Positions 57,054 to 64,000 of a stretch of DNA of 64,000 nt are shown here, one piece after another. Within the stretch, counting starts at the first letter, position 1, and each line of letters starts with the position of its first letter. The notes under the pieces were generated by a model, which saw only the letters and a list, made by a program, of their open reading frames with translations, did not search any database and was not told where the DNA came from. Position numbers and translations under genes: made by a program. The stretch is from a bacterium (GTDB lineage: Bacteria; Krumholzibacteriota; Krumholzibacteriia; G020349025): contig JANLSU010000039.1 of NCBI GenBank assembly GCA_031362565.1, forward strand, positions 64,001-128,000, written 5' to 3'.

Positions 57054-59057
57054 TCACGCTCCTTGCGCGGCAAGCCGCGCCCGTAGTTCCTCGACCCGAT
57101 CGCGCAAACTGGCTGCCGTCTCGAAGCGCAGCGCACGCGCTTCGCGCAACATCTCCGACTCGAGCCGCGCAATGACGCGTTCGAGCGGCTGATCGCCGAG
57201 CGCGAAGTCGGCGACGGGATCGGGCCGCGCCTCCGGCTGCTCGCCACGCTGGTCGGCGGCAGCCGTCTGCTGCATGATGTCGTCCACCGACTTGATGATC
57301 GAACGCGGCACGATGCCGTGCTCGACGTTGTAGGCCGCCTGAATCTCGCGCCGGCGGTTCGTTTCATCGATGGCGCGCCGCATCGAGCCGGTGATCTTTT
57401 CGGCGTACATGACGACCCGGCCCTCGACATTGCGCGCCGCCCGCCCGACGGTTTGGATGAGCGTCGTCTCGGACCGCAGGAAGCCCTCCTTGTCCGCATC
57501 CAGAATCGCCACCAGCGCCACCTCGGGCAAGTCGAGCCCTTCGCGCAGCAAGTTGATCCCGACGAGGACGTCGAACTTGCCGAGCCGCAGGTCACGCAGA
57601 ATCTCCACCCGCTCGAGCGCTTCGATGTCGGAGTGCAGGTAGCGCACCCGGATCCCGAGATCCAGCATGTAGTCGGTCAAGTCTTCGGACATGCGCTTGG
57701 TGAGCGTCGTGACCAGCACCCGATGCTTCGCCGCCACGGTGCGTTTGATCTCTTCCAGCAGGTCGTCCACCTGGCCCTTGGCGGGCCGGATCGTGATCTC
57801 GGGATCCATGAGACCGGTCGGACGGATGATCTGTTCGACGATGACGCCGCCGCTCTTCCGCAGCTCGTATTCACCCGGCGTCGCCGAAACGTACACGGTC
57901 CGCGGCGCCACCCGCTCGAACTCGTCGAAACGCAGCGGCCGGTTGTCGAGCGAACTCGGCAGCCGGAAGCCGTGTTCCACGAGCGTCAGTTTGCGGGACC
58001 GGTCAGCGTTGTACATGCCGTCGATCTGCGGCAGCGTCACGTGCGACTCGTCGATGATCACCAGGAAGTCTTCCGGGAAATAGTCGAGCAGGCACGAAGG
58101 CCGCTCGCCCGGCCGGCGCCCGCCGAGATAGCGCGAGTAGTTCTCGATGCCCGAGCAATAGCCCATCTCGTGCATCATCTCGAGATCGAAGCGGGTGCGC
58201 GATTCGAGCCGCTGGGCTTCGAGGCGCTTGCCGGCCCGCTCGAATTCGACGAGACGCGTTTCGAGATCCTGCTCGACGGCGACCATGGCCTCGCGCAACT
58301 GCGCTTCGGGTGCCACGTAATGACGCGCCGGATAGATGATCGTGCTCTGCAACGACTCGGCCGGCCGGCCGGTCACCGGGTCGATCATGCGGATGGCTTC
58401 GACCTCGTCGCCGAAGAGTTCGATCCGCAAGGCGCGTTCCTCGTACGCCGGCACGACCTCGATCACATCACCGCGAACGCGAAACGTGCCGCGGCCGAGT
58501 TCGTAGTCGTTGCGGGAATACTGGATCCGGACCAACTTGCGCAGCAATTCGTCGCGCGGGATGCTGCCGCCGACCCGCAGCTCGACGGACAGTTCCCGAA
58601 AATCGGTCGGCGATCCAAGGCCATAGATGCACGAGACACTCGCCACCACGATGACGTCGGGGCGCGACAAGAGCGAGCCCGTGGCCCGCAACCGCAGCCG
58701 CTCGATGTCTTCATTGATGGAGGCGTCCTTCTCGATGTAGGTGTTGGTCGCCGGCACGAACGCCTCGGGCTGATAGTAGTCGTAGTAGCTGATGAAGTAC
58801 TCGACGGCGTTGCGCGGGAAATAGCCCTTGAACTCGCCGTAGAGTTGCGCCGCCAGCGTCTTGTTGTGCGACACGACGAGCGTCGGCAGGCCGAGCCGGG
58901 CGATGACGTTGGCCATGGTGAAAGTCTTGCCGGAACCGGTGACGCCGAGCAACGTCTGATAGCGCTCGCCGGCACCAACGCGCTCGATGAGCGCCTCGAT
59001 GGCGGCGGGCTGGTCTCCGGTGGGTCCATAGGGCGCGACGAGCTGGAACTCCGACAT
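57054..59057 (-). CDS. uvrB: Excinuclease ABC subunit B
   Basis: [53 protein letters not shown]-terminal UVR domain. Confidence 0.98.
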   Translation of the reverse strand: MSEFQLVAPYGPTGDQPAAIEALIERVGAGERYQTLLGVTGSGKTFTMANVIARLGLPTLVVSHNKTLAAQLYGEFKGYFPRNAVEYFISYYDYYQPEAFVPATNTYIEKDASINEDIERLRLRATGSLLSRPDVIVVASVSCIYGLGSPTDFRELSVELRVGGSIPRDELLRKLVRIQYSRNDYELGRGTFRVRGDVIEVVPAYEERALRIELFGDEVEAIRMIDPVTGRPAESLQSTIIYPARHYVAPEAQLREAMVAVEQDLETRLVEFERAGKRLEAQRLESRTRFDLEMMHEMGYCSGIENYSRYLGGRRPGERPSCLLDYFPEDFLVIIDESHVTLPQIDGMYNADRSRKLTLVEHGFRLPSSLDNRPLRFDEFERVAPRTVYVSATPGEYELRKSGGVIVEQIIRPTGLMDPEITIRPAKGQVDDLLEEIKRTVAAKHRVLVTTLTKRMSEDLTDYMLDLGIRVRYLHSDIEALERVEILRDLRLGKFDVLVGINLLREGLDLPEVALVAILDADKEGFLRSETTLIQTVGRAARNVEGRVVMYAEKITGSMRRAIDETNRRREIQAAYNVEHGIVPRSIIKSVDDIMQQTAAADQRGEQPEARPDPVADFALGDQPLERVIARLESEMLREARALRFETAASLRDRVEELRARLAAQGA

Positions 59058-59116
59058 GCCGCCATTCTACGGCACGCGGTGCGACCGGGACGAGCCGCCA
59101 GTGCGGCGCGCTGGAT

Positions 59117-60847
59117 TCAACGAGGTGGAATCACGCCGCCGTGTGACTCGATCGCGGGTGCGGCGTTGGCAGCGGGTGCCGCGCCGGCCGGCCGCGGCCG
59201 CGGGCGTGGACGGCGGCGATGCGCCGCCGGTTGCGCGCCGGCGGGCTCCAGCGTGCTGCGATCGAGGCTGACGGCGCGCCCATCCGGCGGCGTCGCGATG
59301 GCGCGGCCGTTCAGCGTCAATTGCAAATTTTGACCGTTGCGGGCCACCATGCGGAAGCCGCGCCGCGCCGTCCAACTGCGGCTCTCGCCGGCGCGTGAAA
59401 AGGTGTAGGGAATGCCGCGCCGCGTTTCGCCGTCGGTCACGAGGCGCAGGACACAAGGCCCGGTTGCGGTTGCGGTGAGAACTACGGCGTCGACCACACC
59501 GGCGGCATTGTCACCGGTGCGCACCGCGCCCCGTAGGGGCTCCGCCGGCTTGGCGGTCAACGGCGCGGCGCTGCCCACGGCGGCCGGCAGCGAACTCCCA
59601 ACGACCACCGGCGACATTTCCGCGCGCCCTCGCGGCATCGACGCGGCCGGAATCTCCACGAGATCGGTCATGAGGCTGCCGTCGTGCGGCGACGGCGCGG
59701 AGGCGGTGAACGGCACGGCCGAGGCGACGCTCGCGGGGGCCGGCGCCGCCGTGTCCTCGCTGCTGATGACGCCGGGCGCCGTTGCGGGCGCCGTCTCCAG
59801 TCGCGCCGCCGGAGCGGTCGCCGGATGGACCGGGTTCGAAGCCCGCAGTTCGGTCTCGATCTGCTCGAGCCCCGCCGGGGCCCGCAGTTCGATGGACGAA
59901 CGTTGCAGCATCCAGGTCGCCGCCCCACCGATCGCCACGACAACAGCTGCGGCGGTGGCAATCCACCCGCGGTAGCCACGGCGAATCGTGCGCGCTGCGA
60001 AGAGGTCCACGACGCTCGCCGTTTCAACGACCGGCGCCTGACGCGCCGGTGCGGCCACAGCGACCGTTTCGTCATAGCGTTGCAACAATGTGGTCAGATC
60101 GAGTCCGAGGAATGACCCGTAACTCCTTAGAAATCCGCGCACATAGGCATCGGCCGCGAACTCGTCGAACCGGTCGTTCTCGAGGTGTCCCAGCATCTTG
60201 CTCGACATGCGGGTGCGGGTGCTCGCGGCTTCGAGCGACAATCCGCGGCCTTCGCGGGCGGCGATCAAGAGTTCGCCGACCGTCGGGCCGGCAGGAAGGC
60301 TGGTGGTCTCCTGCGCTGCGACGTCAACCGCGGGGCCAGCGGCGGCCGCTTCACCCTCTGCCACCGGCGCGGGTGACGCGGTGGCGGCCAGCGACTCTGC
60401 AACGGTGGGCGACGACGGGCCGGACGCATCTGGGCCCACGGCCGGCACCACATCGTGTTGCACGACGGCCGGCGGTGCCGCGACGACGGCGATCACATCG
60501 CGAACGGCGACCAACGGCGCGGTCACATCGCCGGCGGCGGCAACCGGCCCGTTGGTGGACTCGCGCGCCGGTTCGTGGCGCCCGCGCGGCACATCGCGGA
60601 TCGAACGCAGACTCGGGCTCGTATTCGGCTTGATGCGCGATGGAATCACCGGGCGGGCGGTAAGGGGCGCCGGTGCCGCGGGCACCGGAGCGGCTGGCTG
60701 AGCCGGAACCGAGGGCGGCAGCGCCGTGACCGGCGCCACCAGCACCCGGGCGGTGCGCGGGTCCCGGTCGTCGAGGAAATCGAATCCGTCGTGGCCCGCA
60801 CCGGGCTGCGAGTGATTCATTCGCCGGCGCTTCGACTTACGGCTCAT
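59117..60847 (-). CDS. RodZ-like protein (HTH, TM, C-terminal DUF4115-like domain) with long low-complexity N-terminus
   Basis: TVGELLIAAREGRGLSLE...LE...YVRGFLRSYGSFLGLD HTH; TM; GQNLQLTLNGR; ATGA-coupled to valS. Confidence 0.8.
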   Translation of the reverse strand: MSRKSKRRRMNHSQPGAGHDGFDFLDDRDPRTARVLVAPVTALPPSVPAQPAAPVPAAPAPLTARPVIPSRIKPNTSPSLRSIRDVPRGRHEPARESTNGPVAAAGDVTAPLVAVRDVIAVVAAPPAVVQHDVVPAVGPDASGPSSPTVAESLAATASPAPVAEGEAAAAGPAVDVAAQETTSLPAGPTVGELLIAAREGRGLSLEAASTRTRMSSKMLGHLENDRFDEFAADAYVRGFLRSYGSFLGLDLTTLLQRYDETVAVAAPARQAPVVETASVVDLFAARTIRRGYRGWIATAAAVVVAIGGAATWMLQRSSIELRAPAGLEQIETELRASNPVHPATAPAARLETAPATAPGVISSEDTAAPAPASVASAVPFTASAPSPHDGSLMTDLVEIPAASMPRGRAEMSPVVVGSSLPAAVGSAAPLTAKPAEPLRGAVRTGDNAAGVVDAVVLTATATGPCVLRLVTDGETRRGIPYTFSRAGESRSWTARRGFRMVARNGQNLQLTLNGRAIATPPDGRAVSLDRSTLEPAGAQPAAHRRRPRPRPRPAGAAPAANAAPAIESHGGVIPPR

Positions 60848-63594
60848 GGTCCCTTTCCAGCGATATCCGCGATCTCGCTTCGCAACCGGTCGCACCGGTC
60901 CGCGAGGTCCACACGGCGGGCTCGTTCGCCGTCGACCACCGCGGCAGGTGCCTTGTCCACGAAACCCGGCTTGGCGAGCTTGCCGTCCAATGCCGCCAGA
61001 TCCCGTTCCGCCTTGTCCAACTCGCGCTGCAACCGGTCCCGTTCGGCGCCCAAATCCACCAGTCCGCCGAGCGGCAAGTAGATCTGCAGATCACGCACCA
61101 AGAGCGAGATCGCGTTGTCCGGCCGCACTGCCGTCGGCTCGACGCTCTCCAGCTTCGCGTGCAGCTTCAGGAGCTCGGTCTCTTCCACACTCAGGCCGGC
61201 ACCGCTTCGCGTGTCTTTCTGCACGAGCGCCGGTGCCTTTTTGCCGGGCGGTACGTTGCGTTCCGAGCGCACCGTCCGGATCGCACTCGCCGCTTCGATC
61301 ATCAGCGCGAACCGGTCGACACTCGCGGCGTCGCGTAGCGCCGCAATTTCGCGCGGGAACCGGCTTGTGATGACCAGCCCCGCGGTCCCGGGGATGCGGC
61401 TCCAAAGCTCTTCAGCCAGGAACGGCATCAGCGGCGCGAGCAACTTCGTTGCGGATGACAGCAAGACGAAGGCCACGGCGTGGGCACTGCGCGCGGTCGC
61501 GCGGTCAGCGCTCTGGAGGCGTGGCTTGATCGACTCCAGATACCAAGCGCAGTACTCGTCCCAGAAGAAGTGATAGAGGTCCGAGGCCGCATCGTTGGCG
61601 CGCAATGAATCCAAGTTCCGGCGCATCGTCGTGACGGCTTCCGTGTAGCGGTGCAGAATCCAGCGGTCCTCCAGTCGCAGGTCCGTCTCGATGCCCGCCG
61701 GCAGCGGCCGTCCGAACGACTCGGCCCAGAGCGCCGCGAGCCCTTCGGCGCCGGCCGCTGGTGGCGTCACCGGCGCATCGCCTTCCAGACCCAGCTCGGC
61801 GACAAACCCATGCGTGCTGGCGCTCGTCAACACGAGACGTGCCGCATTCCAGATCTTGTTGGCGAAGTGCTGGCCGGTCTCGACGTTCTTGGCGTCGAAG
61901 TACGTGTCCTGCCCGGGCGGCGACAACATGACGGTGGAGAAGCGCACCGCGTCCGCACCGCAGTTGGCGATGAGATCGAGCGGGTCCGGCGAGTTGCCGA
62001 GCGACTTCGACAACTTGCGCCCCTTGGCGTCACGCACGATGCCGTTCAAGAGCACTTGCGAAAACGGCACGTCGCCCATGAATTCGAGGCTCGCCATGAT
62101 CATGCGCGCCACCCAGAAGAAAATGATTTCGTAACCGGTGACGAGCAGAGTCGTGGGGTGGAAGCGATTGAGATCCGCGGTCTCCTCCGGCCAGCCCATC
62201 GGCGAGAACGGACACAGCCACGACGAAAACCAGGTGTCGAGGACGCTTTCGTCTTGTTGCAAGCGCGCGTCGCCGCATTTTTCGCACTGTGGCGGCGCGG
62301 CGTGCGCCGCCACCGCATGCTGGCACGCCACGCACTCGTACACCGGGATGCGGTGCCCCCACCAGAGTTGCCGCGAGATGCACCAATCTTGAATGTTGCG
62401 CGTCCAGTGCAGGTAGACGTTGCGCCAACGTTCCGGATAGAAAGTGACGCGGCCGTCTTCGGCGGCCCGCACCGCGGGTTCGGCGAGCGGCTTCATGCGC
62501 ACGAACCATTGCTGGGACAGGTAGGGTTCGATGACCGTCTCGCAGCGATCATGGCGCCCGATCGCCAGCGTGTGCGCTTCCACCTTCTCCAAGAGTCCAT
62601 CGGCCTCCAGCCGTTCGACAACGCGGGCCCGCGCCTTGAAGCGATCGAGACCCGCGAACGGGCCGGCAAGGGCGTTCATGACGCCCGCCGGGTCGATGAC
62701 CACCGGTGACTCGAGGCCATGGCGCTTGCCGACGTGAAAATCATTCGGATCGTGGGCCGGAGTGATCTTCACCATGCCGGTGCCGAACGCCGGGTCGACG
62801 TACGTGTCGGCGATGACCGGGATCTCGCGCCCCAGGATCGGCAGCCGCAGCATGCGGCCGACGAGTTCGCTGGCGCGGGGATCTTCGGGATGAATCGCGA
62901 CCGCGACGTCGCCCAAGATCGTCTCGGGGCGCGTCGTCGCGACGCGCACGAAACCGCTGCCGTCGGCAAACGGATAGCGCAGCGTCCAGATCTTGCCCTG
63001 TTGCTCGACGTGCTCTACTTCTTCATCGCTGATGGCGGTGCGGCAGGCCGGGCACCAGTTGGTGATGTAGGCGCCTTTGTAGATGAGCCCCTTGGCATGC
63101 AACCGAATGAACACTTCGACCACGGCGCGGCTCATGCGTTCGTCGAGCGTGAAGTACTCGCGGTCCCAGTCGAGCGACCAGCCGAGGCGTTGCATCTGTT
63201 GCACGATGTGGGCGTGCGACTTGGCCTTCCACTCCCAGCAGCGCTCGACGAAGGCTTCGCGTCCGAGCGCCGCCGGGTCGATCCCCTCTTGGCGCAGGTT
63301 TTTCTCGACCACCTTCTGGGTCGCGATCCCGGCGTGATCCGTACCCGGCCACCAGACGGTTTCGCGCCCCTGCATACGCGCATAGCGCACGAACACGTCC
63401 TGCAACGTGTTGGCGAGCACGTGCCCCATGTGCAGCACACCGGTGACGTTGGGCGGCGGCAACAGCACGACATAGGGCGGCAGGCCGTTGGTCGACGGCA
63501 CGGGAGCGAACGCCCGGCTCTCCTGCCAGCGCGCCACCCACGGCGGTTCGACTTGCGCGGGGTCGTAGGCCTTGTCGATCGGGGCGCGATCCAT
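60844..63594 (-). CDS. valS: Valine--tRNA ligase
   Basis: Start MDRAPIDKAYDP; PPPNVTGVLHMGH, DHAGIATQ, ATTRPET, DWCISRQLWWGHRIP, KLSKSLGN, C-terminal coiled coil. Confidence 0.98.
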   Translation of the reverse strand: MDRAPIDKAYDPAQVEPPWVARWQESRAFAPVPSTNGLPPYVVLLPPPNVTGVLHMGHVLANTLQDVFVRYARMQGRETVWWPGTDHAGIATQKVVEKNLRQEGIDPAALGREAFVERCWEWKAKSHAHIVQQMQRLGWSLDWDREYFTLDERMSRAVVEVFIRLHAKGLIYKGAYITNWCPACRTAISDEEVEHVEQQGKIWTLRYPFADGSGFVRVATTRPETILGDVAVAIHPEDPRASELVGRMLRLPILGREIPVIADTYVDPAFGTGMVKITPAHDPNDFHVGKRHGLESPVVIDPAGVMNALAGPFAGLDRFKARARVVERLEADGLLEKVEAHTLAIGRHDRCETVIEPYLSQQWFVRMKPLAEPAVRAAEDGRVTFYPERWRNVYLHWTRNIQDWCISRQLWWGHRIPVYECVACQHAVAAHAAPPQCEKCGDARLQQDESVLDTWFSSWLCPFSPMGWPEETADLNRFHPTTLLVTGYEIIFFWVARMIMASLEFMGDVPFSQVLLNGIVRDAKGRKLSKSLGNSPDPLDLIANCGADAVRFSTVMLSPPGQDTYFDAKNVETGQHFANKIWNAARLVLTSASTHGFVAELGLEGDAPVTPPAAGAEGLAALWAESFGRPLPAGIETDLRLEDRWILHRYTEAVTTMRRNLDSLRANDAASDLYHFFWDEYCAWYLESIKPRLQSADRATARSAHAVAFVLLSSATKLLAPLMPFLAEELWSRIPGTAGLVITSRFPREIAALRDAASVDRFALMIEAASAIRTVRSERNVPPGKKAPALVQKDTRSGAGLSVEETELLKLHAKLESVEPTAVRPDNAISLLVRDLQIYLPLGGLVDLGAERDRLQRELDKAERDLAALDGKLAKPGFVDKAPAAVVDGERARRVDLADRCDRLRSEIADIAGKGP

Positions 63595-64000
63595 TTGCGA
63601 TCTCCATCCGAGTTTGGAAGTCGTTGTACGGCAGCGAGATGCCGTGCCTCCACGCTTACCACAGCGGCTGCGGACGGTCAACGTCGGGCAACCCGGGCGC
63701 TATGTGGGTGCGACTGCGGGCCAGTGCTCGCGCCGGCAAGTTGTCGCGGGCACTGGCGTGTGGTGTGAACGGATCGGACAGCAATGAAGCTGGAGGGCCG
63801 CGCCAGGGCCACGCCCGGTCGGAGCCAATCCTGATGTCGCACTCCGGGCATGCAGCCCGTCCCCACGACTCACCGCTCTACAAGCTGGTGCAAGATCGCT
63901 TCGATATCGCTTCGATGCGCTGGCGTTGGTTCACGAGGAGCGGTTCCAGAAGTCGTAGCGGCGTGCTTCGTCAGAAAACGGGGGCAGGTCAGGGACTTCT

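Noticed and set aside
63595..64000. T-box leader or tRNA upstream of valS
   Set aside because: No T-box consensus (AAxxxGGGTGGxACC) or cloverleaf seen.

Overview
GC-rich (roughly 65-70% by eye) bacterial chromosomal segment from a diderm. A C25 propeptide, a YjbH-like barrel, a split GlmU and a C-terminal 'W-x-x-IK-x-LYR' motif suggest an FCB-superphylum candidate lineage such as Krumholzibacteriota, Eisenbacteria or Latescibacterota (inference). The backbone is housekeeping: accA, dnaE, a SurA/PpiD-like foldase, tldD/tldE, tatA, panB/panC/folK, groES/groEL with CIRCE, coaX, birA, nadC, uvrB and valS. Two accessory systems stand out. (1) 13.9-24.4 kb (-): an 8-gene extracellular electron-transfer operon behind a sigma-54-type promoter and a structured leader. 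It encodes an NHL beta-propeller, a hexaheme cytochrome with the motif order of the Geobacter OmcS nanowire subunit, a heptaheme cytochrome, an outer-membrane beta-barrel, two PelC/CsgG-like lipoproteins, a ResB/DUF2155-like protein and a 42-heme cytochrome (55 CXXCH in total). (2) 36.9-44.6 kb: divergent sigma-54 promoters. One arm encodes a redoxin, a stand-alone C39 peptidase, a Yip1 protein and two signal-peptide-bearing double-glycine precursors with two-Cys hydrophobic cores (putative two-peptide bacteriocin/RiPP). The other arm encodes a membrane-TPR protein, a sensor-less sigma-54 activator and an orphan peptide-binding lipoprotein. No rRNA, tRNA, CRISPR array or transposase was seen. 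All family calls come from motif recognition by eye; no searches were run.
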